A stretch of DNA of 64,000 nt, taken from positions 62,001-126,000 of the forward strand of contig CT868663.1 of assembly GCA_000165425.1 (NCBI GenBank), read 5' to 3'. Under the pieces are notes generated by a model, which was not told the origin of the DNA, made no database searches, and saw only the letters and a program-made list of their open reading frames with translations. This document shows, one piece after another, positions 1-13,822 of this stretch; the first letter of the stretch is position 1; every line of letters begins with the position of its first letter. Both the position numbers and the translations under genes were made by a program. Source of the stretch: Paramecium tetraurelia. Taxonomy: Eukaryota.

Positions 1-925
1 CTAAATTAATAAAAACTCAAATTTACAGGTCTAATTCTTAACTGAGAAGTTAAATTACAGCTTGATTAGAATTACATTCTTTTTACCAAGTGATGATCTC
101 CTCTTCTATGTCTGTGTAAAGAAAATTTTCTATATAGCCTTTTTTCTAATTGTATATTTGTCTAACAATGTTTCTAAAAATTATTATTGAACAAACATAA
201 AATTATTTGTTATTTTTTGAAAAATATTCTAGTAAATCAGAAGGGTTTTATACCAGTTGTTTTAAAATGTATTTAAAGTACTTTTTTATTTCATTTTCAA
301 TTTAAATTTTTATCAAGGACTAATCATTAAAGAATAGTGTTAATTCTAATTCATCAACCTTATTGATAAATTTGTTTATTTCTATTTTGCTATTTTTTGA
401 GTTTGATAGTAATAAATTCAAGTATTAATATAAAAAGGATGTATAAAAGCAATTTCCGTCCCCTCTTACTCTTTAATAACCTATTATATTTCTGAATTTA
501 TTTTCCAAATCAATTTTTTGTGTTCCATATTCTTTTTTGAAGGCAGCATTACTTTCTGGAGGATTTACATAATTGATTTCAAGTATCTAACCTCCAGATA
601 AAAATTCTAAATTTTTAATGAATTCTTTCATCTATTTATCATTACCATCAGAGAAATTGGATTTTTGTATTTATTATTGCCATTCCTTTAATATATTATA
701 ATCATTCATTTGTTTGGTTACTTCATTCCCTTATTTAATCCATTCATCTATTTTTGCTAAATTATTCCAAAATTCATTTATCTTTTCAGTTGGTTTAAAT
801 TATATTTTGAATTCACTAATTTTTTTACTAGCGTCTTATATTATATCGATGATATTGTCAAAGTTTTTTCTGACTTCTTAGATTTATTTTTTCAAATATT
901 GTATTAATGTCTCTATGCTATCCAT
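1..925 (-). CDS. Hypothetical protein, 3' end runs off the window start
   Basis: ATG at 925, MDSIETLIQYLKKQIQEVRKNFDNII...; long frame open under ciliate code; no recognisable domain. Confidence 0.6.
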
Positions 926-1191
926 TATTAATAAAATAAAAAATATAATTACTAATTGAATCTTTTTTATAAATGATTGGCTCATGCTTAAGAAGATAAC
1001 CGAAGCATAAAGATAATAAGTAATGATTAAAATTTGCTTTACTTTATGTGCAAAATAAGTAAATTCTTTTTGAAATGCAAGTGCTAAGACCTATTAAATA
1101 AATATTAAGAAATATCTATTTAGTATTATTAATTGTTATTTTCATACCCATAAATTGCTTTGTATAATTAATAAATTGAGTTTTTAATTAA

Positions 1192-2661
1192 ATGAAATTT
1201 TTTAATGACCTCAAGTTGAAGTTTGATGAAAAAGAATTAGAGGAGAAATATTAGATAGACAAAGCAAACTCAATAAAAAAGCCTGTTTTTTTATTTATTC
1301 TCTTTCTTTCCTTCTGTTCAAATATTACAGTATTGGGTCTGCATATTTTTGTTAGACCATCAGAAACTTGGTATATAAATGCTATATTAATTGGTTTGAC
1401 AATAATTTAAGTTATAATAGTACTAATACTAAAGCAGCTTCAATTTATTTAAATTGGGCTAACCCTTAGCAGTATAACAATAGGGTTTTTGTAACTTAAT
1501 GTTGACCCTTAAAATACAACTCAAACTGAATTTTATGTTTACGGGTGTCTTTTTATGTAATTTCAAGCAGTGCTATTTATGATTTCTAATTTCAATCATG
1601 CATTTTTTTAAGTAATTCTTAGCCTGGCAATAAGAACATCAATTACGTCCATCTATTCGAAGCGACCTGATTATTTAGCTCTTTTTGTTGGAGCCTTTGG
1701 ATGTATTCTAATTCTTATCACCATTTATGTGAACGATAAAAATGCAAGAAGATATTTCATACAAAACCTAAAGGAGAATAATCTAAGACAGTTAGGTAAA
1801 TTTTTGCTAAGTAAACCATATCTTAAGATATAATTTTACGAAGATCAACAGATATTTTAATTTATAAGTTAAAATCAAATCAAACAATTTCCAGGTTATA
1901 CTGATGAGATATGTCATGGATGCAACATAAGAAATATGTTAAGAAATTACAAATCGGATTAGGGAAGTTTAGAGGAAGTATTATTAAATAAGCCTGATTT
2001 AATCAGATTAGGGTGTATTTTAATTGTTAAATGTGAGAAAATTAGATTTATAATAAAGGTTTGTGCTATTGACCCACAACATCGCCAATATCTTATTATA
2101 TTTTAAGAATTTCAATAATAAATAGTTAATTTCATAAATTAAGAAAAGGAAAAAATAAATTTAAAAGAGTTTTTAAAATCAAAATAAATTTATTATCATT
2201 AAAAAATTTTTAATTTAGGAGCATTTAGTGTGCTCTATTTAAATAAATTAATTATAAAGAAAATTGAATTTAATAAACTTGTAAATAAAATCGTAAGAAT
2301 ATACTAAAGTAGATTTTTTCCAAATATTGTAATTGAAATCTAAGCCAAAGAGGATTAAATGTATATCTCACAATATTTACATTAATTAAGAATCTTTTTA
2401 ATTTAAATTTTCGAAATAATTTCTGAAATTACATTAAACGATAGAGAGAAGGTTCTAATATATATTGATCGTAATCTAAACAATATAGAAATGAAGATTG
2501 GAGGTTTAAATCAAACAATCTTTTCCTAATAATATAATGAAAATTTTTTTATTAGTAGGATGTAAGGCTTAATATTAGATGATTGCTAATTTGATGAAAA
2601 TGAAGCAACTTTACTATTTATAAACTACCCTTTAGGATCATACTATTAAAAGAATGTATGA
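1192..2661 (+). CDS. Multi-pass membrane protein (489 aa) with degenerate histidine-kinase-like C-terminus
   Basis: Intronless frame, MKFFNDLKLKFDEKELEEKYQ... then about 6 hydrophobic segments; TGA at 2659-2661; similar layout to the gene at 25444-26929. Confidence 0.8.
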
Positions 2662-2946
2662 ATAAACATCAACTGAATATCATGAAGTTATAACATATAA
2701 TTTAAATCTTTTCTGTATCAATTTTTATATCGAACTTTATTTTATGGACATTTTTTTTTATAAAATCTTAAATATTAAAGAATGGTTAATTGACTTTTAG
2801 TGTGTATTTATTATGAACTGACAGCAAGATAAATAGAATTTATTATTCACTTGTGATTTGAATTTGATTTGAATAAACTTTGATTACAATAATATTTTTC
2901 TGAGTAGAATAATTAATTATAAGCTAAATTAATATTCTCAGTTTGA

Positions 2947-3890
2947 ATGGGTGGTAGTATTCCAGCAAGAAGATTAGGAAGATCAATAATGAGTAGCGTA
3001 AGTTAGAGTGAAGGTGAAACTGAAGTAATTGATTAGCCAACATACATTTATCGAAAATTGAAAATGGATGAGGATTTTCCAAATTGGGTTAAAGAAATGT
3101 TTTAAAGACATGGAGCTTATAATTCTCCTGAAAAATTACCATAAAATTTTGATTTGGAAGAGATTGAAGACAAATCATAAGATTACTTTTTTTTAGGGTT
3201 TAATTTGAATGAATAGAAGCATGGGTATGGAGTGTTGATGTAGGATAATAAATTTTATGAAGGAGGTTTCGAGTCTGACAATAAAAAGGGATGGGGCAGA
3301 CAATTAGAACCAAATCTCTTGATGGTAAAAATAATAATAACTTAAAGGAAGGAAAGTGGGAAAACAATTAGATAGTAAGTGATAAAATAATAATTAAAGG
3401 GAATTTTAAATTTTTTGGGTAATTTTCAGGTAATACTCTGCATGGCAGAGGGACAATGATAGATTTAGAGAAAGAAGAATAATATGAAGGTAATTTTGAG
3501 CTTGGAATTATGAATGGGAAAGGAACAATAAAGAATTTGAAATACGATGCTGTATATAATGGAGATATTAGGAATAACTAAATGGAAGGCAAAGGCATAT
3601 TTAGATTCACAGATGGGATGGAATACGAAGGAGAATTTTTGCAAAATTAATTAAATGGTAAAGGGTATTTAGTATATCCTAATGGAATGTATTACAAGGG
3701 TATGAAGAATATAATATGTAGGTGATTTTTTTCAAAATAAGATGCATGGAATGGGAATTCTGAAGGAAGTTAATCAAATCTATGAAGGAGAATTTAGAAA
3801 TGGGTTAAAACATGGATATGGTAAGATGAGCGTTAATAATATTGAAATAGTGGGTATTTGGGATGAGGACAAATTATCAGAAGAATTTGA
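2947..3890 (+). CDS. MORN-repeat protein
   Basis: Repeats YEGNFELGIMNGKG, YEGEFLQNQLNGKG, YEGEFRNGLKHGYG; introns 3325-3347 (23 nt) and 3700-3721 (22 nt). Confidence 0.9.
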
Positions 3891-3922
3891 ATGAATTAAT
3901 TCAAGTTAATATAATTTATATA

Positions 3923-5300
3923 ATGAAATAATAATAACAACAACTTAAAGGAATACCAAACATTAGATCACAATATTATGTAGCTGCTTAAGCCTTGAAT
4001 TCTTAATTATCTTCTAAGATTAGCAAGACTAAATCAAGTTATATTGATGATTCGAATAAAAGTAAAATTACAATCAACAATATTTAGTCAAAGATTACTC
4101 CTATTTTTAATTATCTACACAGAAAACGTAACCAAAATGCACAGTCAAAAGAGTAAATGTAAGCTTAGATTAACCAAAACAAGATGATCCAACAGTCCTC
4201 CCTCCATTAAGAAAAGAAATATTGAGATCAAGATAATCGTAACCTACTGTCGCTAAAAGCAAATAATAACAAAGAAATAATTCGCCTTTACTTCCATTAG
4301 AAAGCTTACCTGCAATGGAACCATCAAAAATTTCGCAAAAAAATATAGGGATTGTAGCGTCATATGCGGCAAATACTCACTAAGGCCTAGTGAGATAATA
4401 TAACGAAGACAGAGTTTCAATTATATTAAATTTAATGAGGCCAAATTCTAACACTAATTAAGGATATTGGCCTTAGAGTTCATTTTTCGCAGTTTATGAT
4501 GGTCATGGAGGACCATAATGTGCAGACTTTATGAGAGACAATTTACATCAATATGTAAAATAATGATATGAAGTAGATTATCAAAGAGGATTGTTTTCCC
4601 AATAATCCCCGACTTGCAATAGAAAGAGGAGTCTCGAAGGCTGAGAAAACATACTTAGAAATGGCCGATCAGAAAGTGTTAGATAAATCAGGATGTTGTG
4701 CAGTTTTTGCATTGTTTGTTGATAACAATTGTTATGTGGCAAACATAGGTGATTCAAGGGCAGTAATCTCCTAAGGGGGAAAAGGGAAATCAATAACAGT
4801 TGATCACAAACCTTCTACTCATGAGGAATAATAAAGGATAAGTAAATTTGGAGGATAAATTTATTAAACATAACTTTAATAATTAAATGGAGAAATTTAA
4901 TTAGGACCACATAGAGTTTTACCTGGAAGATTAGCGGTTTCAAGAACATTTGGAGATGCTGAAGCAAAATTAACTAAATATGGAGGGATTCCTAATGTCA
5001 TTTCGGCAGAACCAGATATATTTTAGTTATAAATCACGGATTAAGATTTCTTGATTTTAGCATGTAATATTTTCATTTGATTAAGGTGATGGTATCTATG
5101 ACAAAATGAGTAGTGAAGAAGTTATATAATGCGCTTGGAATGTGCAAACAACAAACATTCACATTTTTGGAGGAAAGGCTGTGGAAGCCATAATGAGATT
5201 GTCATTATAAAGGAAAACCTTCGACAATATAACTGCTGTATTTATTGGTTTTCCTTAACTCGAGAGAAAGTTAAAAAACAAATCATAATTTTAACAATGA
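3923..5300 (+). CDS. Protein phosphatase 2C (PPM family)
   Basis: Motifs YNEDR, FFAVYDGHGG, ANIGDSRAV, DHKP, LAVSRTFGD, LACDGIYD, DNIT; introns 4062-4087, 4555-4576, 5064-5085. Confidence 0.95.
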
Positions 5301-5309
5301 TACTGTATT

Positions 5310-7232
5310 TCAATCCATTATCTTGTGTTACATTTTTTCATCTTTATATTTATCTATATACTTTGGTTTGATCTCAGTCTTCAAACGAAATCGTTTTACA
5401 TTATTACACTTTTAGTGGCTCTAACGAATTAAGAACTTTAGGTTCTTTTTTATCAGAACTTAGCAATATCGATAAATTGTTCTTAAGCGATACTCTTATA
5501 AAACTTCATTGATATTCCATTCAGGGTCAAAATGAATATAATTTTTGATTTGATCAATATCAACATTCTAATTCATAGGTTACTGAATCTCTTCTTTTTA
5601 AAAGACTATTTTTTAAGATTTAATTTTTCTTGCTTACATCATTTAGTAATATTCAATTAAAAATTGATTATATATAGTTCTTTACTTCTAATTCCGAGTT
5701 CTTAAGAATTTCGTTTTGGGTCTCCGTAATCTTTATGATATATAATGGAATTATTGACAATACTTAATTACATGGCCTTTTCGTTTGCAACCAAAACATT
5801 TGATATCTAAATCTAGATAATCATTATTTTCTAGTCTTTGTTTTATCATATGAAATTTTTAGAATTGCTCGTAATTCAACTATTGCAAGAATTGTTACCT
5901 AGACAACTTGACTAAATTAGTAGTTTCAGTAGTTACGAGTTCAGCAGTTCGTTCAATATTAGAAAAGAAATTAACTATTCCAAAACATTATTCTACGTAT
6001 CCAAGATGTATGTTATTGGCCATGACTGCTACTTTACCTTGAATAATGTAATAAATATGATGCTGGTCATCAATTTTAGTTTCTGGCGGAAGTACTTAAA
6101 TATATTGAATAGAAGATACTATATTCATTTAATTTGATGGCTCTAGTCATTGTGACAGGGAGTGTTTTGAAGAATCTGAGGTTCATTTGAGTGATGACTT
6201 AGTTTCTTAATTCTTCAGATAGGTCGCAAATGATTAATGAGGATCTTACTTCATAATCATTTTCTACTACCCATTCCAAATAATTTTGAATTTTAAGTCT
6301 TAAATGACTCGCGCAACCATGGGCTTTCGTGTATTTATTGATGATTTATTGTTTCATGATCAATTCTGATAATTATGGATCTTGATATTGAAAAATGGAT
6401 ATCATGCTATTTGCTGCATATCCAAAAACACCTGAAGCCAAAATCATTGCGAAAATAGCATAAATTTATTCTTCGGCAGTCTATGGATGAACATCTCCGT
6501 AGCCTACAGTGATCATAGTGGTAATTCTACATAATCTATTTTGACATTTACGTGAAATAGAAGGATGTTAAGTAATCATAGTCGTCTTGATTTGTCAAAT
6601 TAAATATACAAGCACTCCAATGAGCCAACACTACAATTATAAAAGTTAGTTTGATGAATTCCATAAAGGACGAGAAGTCATTTCCTAGAAATGTCTCCAA
6701 TCTTCTGATCAAGAGCTTCAATTTAAAGGCTTTAATCATTTTGATTACTTTAAGAAACTTAAAGAATCTCAACATTCTAATCACTTACACGTTGCCTCCC
6801 TAACATAATGCTTATATTTACTTCAACAAAATAATCGTAAGGCAATGAACTAATTAGATCCAACCAAAACCAGAATTTCAGGTAATTGCAAATGATGCTT
6901 GATCTTTTTAATATCAATTTACCATCAATATAGATAGCACAATTGAATTGAATAAGAATATCCGCTAGGAAGAAATCATCCATTATTTCCATGAATAAGG
7001 ACGTTCTCTCATCAACTATCTCGAAGGATAAAATTAGAGGTATGATCATCATTTGAATTACTATAAACAACATCGAAATAATGTCCCAAACTAATCTAAA
7101 CGGATGGTTGGGTTGCCATGGTGAAGGAATGAGAGTTGCTTTAACTTTTTATTTAGTTGCCATTTCATTTTTTCTAAGAAAAGTATGAAAATCATGAATG
7201 TAATCTTCCCTTAATTAATTTTCGATATTCAT
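5310..7232 (-). CDS. Cyclic-nucleotide-binding-domain K+ channel (EAG/KCNH-like)
   Basis: S4 RMLRFFKFLKVIKMIK, pore TTMITVGYGD, C-linker and cNMP domain (FGIVNFFSNIERTAE); introns of 22, 25 and 25 nt restore a 616-aa frame. Confidence 0.93.
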
Positions 7233-7263
7233 TTAAAATATAATAGTTTCAAAAACACTATCA

Positions 7264-8642
7264 TCAATAAAATACCATTAAGCAAAAGAATGCTATCAAA
7301 TGTAAAATAGAGCCTTGACAAACAGAACTATCTAAATCGCAGTCGATCTAAGCCAATTGATATTGCACAGCAGCCATAGCCCAGGTTGGCGTTTGAGAGT
7401 TAATTGCTAATGGAGCATTGATATCCCTAAAGTTAATTCTGCAAATTTACATAGTGTCTGGAATATTGTAACCGACGGACAATAGTTAATGAACGTAGAG
7501 TGATAAGAAAAAGTTAGTACCTACATATTGGTTTGCAGAATAAGTCGAATTGGCTTACACTTGGGACCAGCTCATCTAGCAGAATGCTTAGGCTTAACTT
7601 AATAATTGTGGTAACTATGTTAAGTCTACTTAAGAATTACCTTGAATGTACTAAGTTGAAGAAAGTTAGCAATCGTAGCTACTCCACTTACTGCATAAAT
7701 GGAATAGGAAGTAGGTAATGAAGGTTAATCAATACTATTGATTCCACACAACTCATCGCCTACTGTTCTACATTGGCTATTGATGAAAGATTGAATCAAA
7801 GCTTAACATTGCTCCACACTCCCACTTCCTGATAAGGAGTACTAGACTTTTTAATAGGTCCAAGTTCCAGTATATCCTTAATGATAACATGGACTAATGA
7901 CTTAAGTTCCACTTATGCTTTTTGCAAGAACAGCATCTCTAGCTTAATCATTGCCGTAACCAAGATAAGAAATGGCATATAAATTAATGTCTTCATCAGG
8001 CAATGTCAATGTAACAATGTCCGATTCATATTACATGTAATCCACTTTAAATGCAATCTGGGTTGATGCTCCTCCCAAGTCTATGGTGATTAAACTTCCA
8101 TCAGTTTTACCCAAAAGATACTCAACTCCCAACCAAAGATATGTGGCCTATACATCAAAATTGCAATTACCTCATCTTGACCTGATATCACTCTAGCCCA
8201 ACTGTCAGTCACGAACAAATAACCACTCTTACTCAACTGCTTCCTGATCTCATCTATAAGTGTATTTTATTTATTGATATCCAATAACCTCATTCCAGCA
8301 GTTGCTCCCATAAATATTGGGGTATATTGTTTTTGAGCAACAGGCACCTTAGAATTAATGAAATCAAATATGGGGGCTAGATAAGTTGAGATCTCATCTG
8401 GATATTTTGTGGATATCCCTGGACTTGTCTTCAGTTATTGGGACTAACAAATTCTCTAATTCAATTACTTCTTAATAGATGTCGGTTAGGGGATATACTT
8501 TACCAGTTCTGCATGGCCAAGAATATATTGTTGTCTTTGTGCTTGAAGATCCGCAATCCAAAATTACACCGTAACAAGTCTCGTCTGCTTAAAGAAATCT
8601 TTAAGCTAAACAAAGTGAAGGTAATAGTAAATATAAAAACAT
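7264..8642 (-). CDS. Ecto-apyrase / NTPDase (GDA1/CD39 family) with signal peptide and hydrophobic C-terminal tail
   Basis: MFLYLLLPSLCLA signal; ACR1 ILDCGSSSTK, ACR2 GATAGMR, ACR3 SGQDEATYLW, ACR4 DLGGASTQ; intron 8148-8170; tail ILHLIAFFCLMVFY*. Confidence 0.93.
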
Positions 8643-9159
8643 CGTTTATTTATTTAAATATTAACATTCTCATAATCAATCACTCCTTTACATACCCTTC
8701 AAATAATATTAATTTAATGAAATGATATGACATTCATGATTTATTTTTTTTAAATAATCCCAAATAATCTTATTTCCCATTTCAAACATAATACCAACAA
8801 TATGCGTTACCTTTATCCAAAAAAGTACCTGTTTTTTGAATTAGAACACTTAAATTAAATATTCCTAATGGTGTATTCACACAATTTAAGATCATAAATA
8901 ATTCAAAAATATGAATTACAAAAGAGAATTCTTATTCTCAGAGGGTTATTTATTATCTTTGATATTAGTCTTAAAGATGTTAAATAAGAAATACTATATA
9001 ATTTGACATTCTTATTCAGCCTGTTCCAATTCTATTGCAATTGAAAGGAGTAAATGAATAAAATTAATCAGTTATTACACACTTATACTAACCTCAAAAT
9101 GAATTTAATAATATTTAAGTTTATTAATTTATTTATACAAGACTTATTTTGTCATTATA

Positions 9160-9752
9160 ATGTACTAATTTAGATCTTCCATTTATTATGAACCAAGTGA
9201 TAGCGGAAGTGTTAAGTCAGTTTAAGTGGGAAATGCCAAATAAGATTAAGTTAGATATCTCACAGATTAATTACAAGCAGTGATTATGTTTAACGAAAAG
9301 CTAGAAAAAGAGATCAATTCCTTAAAATAATAAAACCAACAGTTAAAATAGACGGTGGCAGATAAAGATAAATAAATTTAAGAATTTCAAGATTCCCAAT
9401 CAAAAACAATTAGTAAATTGCAGTAATTTAATCATATAATATTTCAAGTGTTCTTTTATCAGAAAACAAAAAATTGCAAGAAATAGTGATTTCTACTAAT
9501 AAAAACTTGAAAAATTCCACTGTCAAAGCTCAACAACTCTAATAAGAAAATAATGTGTTAAAATAAACAATGCAATAATAGGAGGAATATCATGTAGAAG
9601 AAATGAAAAAAAGAGCTAATGAACTTGAAGAGCATTACTAATTGATGTAAAATATCGTTTCTGATTTAACATAACAAGTTTCATAATTATGTGAGGAAAA
9701 ATAAAGACTATAAAACGAATTAGAAGAAAAAAATAAATTATAACAAAAATGA
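9160..9752 (+). CDS. Coiled-coil hypothetical protein
   Basis: MYQFRSSIYYEPSD...; Q/E/K heptad-rich; intron 9423-9448. Confidence 0.75.
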
Positions 9753-10060
9753 AATGTTTATTATTTTGATAAATTGATTAAAAATTAATAATGTTTTGAT
9801 TTTCAAAAAGGGCAACATGAATTATGTAGAACTCATAAATATCAATCTATGTTCTGTAAATCAGAAAATATAAAAGATATCCAAAATATAAAGGGAATGC
9901 CTAATGATAATTACCTTTTAAATTCCTTTTGTCTTACGAATTCAGATAAGACTAATTAATTTAATGATTAAAAATAAATGATTACTGATTATTAAACTAA
10001 AATGATTTTGAATTAAATAAAAATATAAGCAAACTGCTTCAAAATTATCATAAATCTTAT

Positions 10061-11539
10061 TCATTGTAAATAGTAATCCAATTTTCGATCAAGTTCTCTA
10101 ATATTGCTTAAATTTGTTAAATTTAATATTCTTTTAATTTTATCAATTATTCTTTAATAAACCTCTTAATCAACTATAAGACAAGCTCCCTTATGATTCA
10201 ATTCTCCTTTAGTACATCTAAAATATTTGCATAATGTAAAGACTATGTCCTTTTATAATTAAGAAAATCTTACTTCATTTAATTGTGCTTATTTCTTATG
10301 CTCAAGATATGATTATAAAATCTATTTGATGAATTTCCAAACTTCCTTCAAACTTGGGTCTGATTAGCAAAAATAATCTTGAGGCGCACATTATATAACT
10401 AAATCTTTTAAACATCTAATAAACTTTTCGTTTTCTTTAAATTATTATTTTAGTGTTTTCACTCCTTCTATAACTTCTTGGTTTAGTAGACTAAAACTAG
10501 AATTAATATTCTTGCTCTCTATAGTTAAATTAAGTTCATCTGCTAATTGCTTAAAAGTCTTTTCAAATTGTGTTAAGTCACATTTCTCAATCACAGAAAT
10601 TTGATTATTGATAGAGAGATTATTAAATTCAAGATTTTATTTGAGATCATGAAGTTATTGTCTGAATTAATCCACTTTGGCTAACAAGGCTTTGTTTTCC
10701 CTTTCTAGTTATGAACACATACACTCTTTTTTAGATTGTAAGTTTGAAGGAGTAGCTAGGTTAAATTAATTAAAAATGTACAATTTATAATGCACTTTTC
10801 TTATCTGAAATCAAGAACTTTTTTAATATCCTTTTGATTTTTTTTGAATAGCAATAACTCTTTATTCTTTTATTAAATTTCTTATCTGGATTCCACCAAT
10901 TATTATTCGTATATTTCAATTTATCTGATTTATTATTAAATAACTTTATTCTTCTCATTTCTTAGTTAATCAATCTATTAAGTCATGTTTTTTAAGGTGT
11001 TAGTCAATTGTTTTTATAATTCATCAATTAAACTGTCTTTGGCTTCAATTTTTTAATACAATTCACTGTAAGTTTTACATGGAGACATCTGTGATTGCAT
11101 TGATAATTCAGTCACTTTTGAGAGATCTACGCATTCTTATAAATCATTAATGAAACTACTGATATAAATGATAAATATGAGAGTACTTCTATGATTTTCT
11201 TGTAACAACAGTGTCACAACTTTCAAATCTGAATTTAGGAGATAAAAATCCAGGATCATTTTCTTTTTGGGATATGCTATGCTATCGTTTAGTTTTCAAT
11301 GGTTATAGTTATGATTAATCGATGTTGATTCCGAATGTATTTTATGCTTTAGTAAAACAATCATGTTCATATGATTTAGATCGAATATGACCAGGAATGG
11401 ATTCTATTTTATTGCTTTATGATTAATAGTTTTGGAGAACATTAATTTCTGGTTATTTGGTGTGATATTAAAATTCTTTCTTTTTCTATGGAACATAAGT
11501 AGGTCTGGTGTCATAGTCTGTTTATGATTGGACTTTCAT
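10061..11539 (-). CDS. Coiled-coil hypothetical protein (474 aa)
   Basis: MKVQSQTDYDTRP...IRELDRKLDYYLQ*; introns 11159-11186 and 10756-10781 restore the frame. Confidence 0.8.
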
Positions 11540-11607
11540 ATTTTTATTATTTCAAATTTATTTTACTAATTTGATCAACTGATTATATATAATTTTTTAT
11601 TTAATAC

Positions 11608-12211
11608 TCATTAATTTGCTAATCCTCCTACAAAGCAAGCAGCCGTAATTCTTGCTTAAGTGTTTATATTCAATTTGATGTCACTTAGATCCTTATCAAT
11701 ATTTTCCACATAATCTATAATAAAATTAATAATCCCTTGAACATTGTATTTTTCTAAATGAGAATCCAAAATCAAGAAACTTATGTCATATCCCTTTAAT
11801 TTTAAGATAAAAGCTTACTGGAATTGGTTTCCTTCTTAAAATTTCAAAATAATCGGCTCTGACTGCCAAATATTTGGCAAATTTTTCACCTATCAATCTA
11901 TCTACTTCATCTAGAGCCTTAATTGAGAAGCTGATCTATATATTCTATAATCTAGAAATACTCTTGTTGAATTAATTGAAGGCTCAATAACACATTTCTC
12001 CTTTTCACTTCTGCACAGATATATGGGTGACAGAACTAGTTGTCTGGTTTTTGATGAATAACTAAACATTATAGAAAGAAAATCATTACCCATTCAATTC
12101 GATTTCTGGTTTGCTTTGCTTTTCAATGATTTCTGAGGGGAATGCTCTCAAGCATAATGTAGCTTCTAGTGTTTTTCTGATTGCATCTGAATAGACTTGA
12201 ACTGCTGCCAT
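11608..12211 (-). CDS. ARPC4: Arp2/3 complex subunit 4 (p20)
   Basis: IRKTLEATLCLRAFPSEIIEKQSKPEIE, IEPSINSTRISF, FEILRRKPIP-GYDISFLI; three short introns. Confidence 0.95.
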
Positions 12212-12407
12212 TATTGTGTTGTTTTTATTAAATTAATATATATATATATGAATATCAAGGATATTGATCAATTTAATAGGCAAAATAATCACTTAATTGA
12301 TTGAATGCTTATTACACATTTCTAATTCAATTCATATTTAATTATATCTTTAAAGATGGGATACAGGTTAATTTAAAAATAATATAGTATAATAATAATA
12401 ATATATA

Positions 12408-13822
12408 ATGGGCTAATCGAAAATAGGCCCATCTCATCCAGATAGGTCTTTTTCATCAAATAAATTTTAGTATGATAGATAATTCACCTTTCATGAACCA
12501 GATAATTATGAACTGTTAAATAAAGCCTTGATTTTTAGCAATGAAAATTTGATGATCCATGAATGTCTATACATTAATGGACATTTTCTTTCAAATTGTA
12601 AGTTTACTGTAAATTCATTTTACAATCTTAAAGAAATCAAAAACCTTCTTCAGAAAGAAAATAAAATATTGACCTTTTAACATGAATTCGAGAGAATTAG
12701 ATAGGATTTTAGATTTAAGTCTAATATCATTACATAGAACACAACAATTTAAGAAGTGAACATTACTGAATTATATAAGCAAGCCAATTCGTTTTAACAT
12801 TAAAATATCCCGATGATGGATAGTTTTGGAACCAATAATTCAATTAATCAAATAACAAATAGAGGAAGGCAGAATCAAAGATAAAAAAAAGCAAATGAAT
12901 CATCATCTGAAGATTTCACGGATTTAGATGATAAAAGCAAATCTCCCAGTCCTATCAACAATAAATCATAAGATAATATCAGGAAGAATAATGTAATATT
13001 GAAGAAAAACTTTCCTTCTGACACTGATAGTGGATAGGAACAAAAAAAAATGAATAAAGAGTTTAGTCGAATAATTAAAGACAAGAAAACTTAGGCTCTA
13101 AATGAAGATGTTGTTTCAAATCCAAATTATTAATTTGATAATGATTAAGAAGAATAAGAATTAGTATTCTAAGTTAATTCAGATTTAATGAATTTGAAAA
13201 GTAGAATAGAATAGCAAATTAGTCCATCCTATAAAAATATACCTAAATCAGAAATATTTACAAACAACTATTAAAAACTTATAGAAAAACAAAATAACCA
13301 ATAAGTAATTCTATTTTACTATATTAGTAGTAGAAACAAAGCTATTAAAGTCGTGGAATGGAATATTAAGGCTAAGAAAAATAATAATTATAATAAGACT
13401 TTGCGCCTTAAACTAAATAGATTAAATATTAACAATAATCTATTATTCTTTAATAAGATAAGTAATAAATATAATCCAACTTTGATTTTCAAGAGTAGAA
13501 AGAAAGACTTAAGCCTGATCAATTAAAAAATGTAACTATAAAAGTGAATCAAAATATGTAATCTCCAAAAAATAGTTTGGCATATAAACCAATTGTATAA
13601 AAAGAATTTTAGGTTCACCTTGATAGTTCAAATGCTTCAAGTGTTTATAAACCTCCTTGGGATGTAAATTAAGTGAAAAAACAGTTTCCAAATGAAAGCA
13701 ATTCTTCAGCTTGCTTTGACGATATATATTTGCAGAAAAGGAAATAATAACAACAACAACAACAATAGTTTACTCCAAATATTAAGATTGATGTAAAATA
13801 ATTTTAATAAAAGAGGAATTGA
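12408..13822 (+). CDS. Hypothetical N/Q/K-rich protein
   Basis: MGQSKIGPSHPDRSF...; one intron near 13304-13328; TGA at 13820-13822. Confidence 0.75.

Noticed and set aside
9750..10200. Frame stays open for more than 100 codons after the TGA of the 9160 gene (possible readthrough or selenocysteine)
   Set aside because: With only one stop codon, long open frames arise by chance. I see no domain, no Sec-type context and no SECIS, and the frame runs into the antisense gene.
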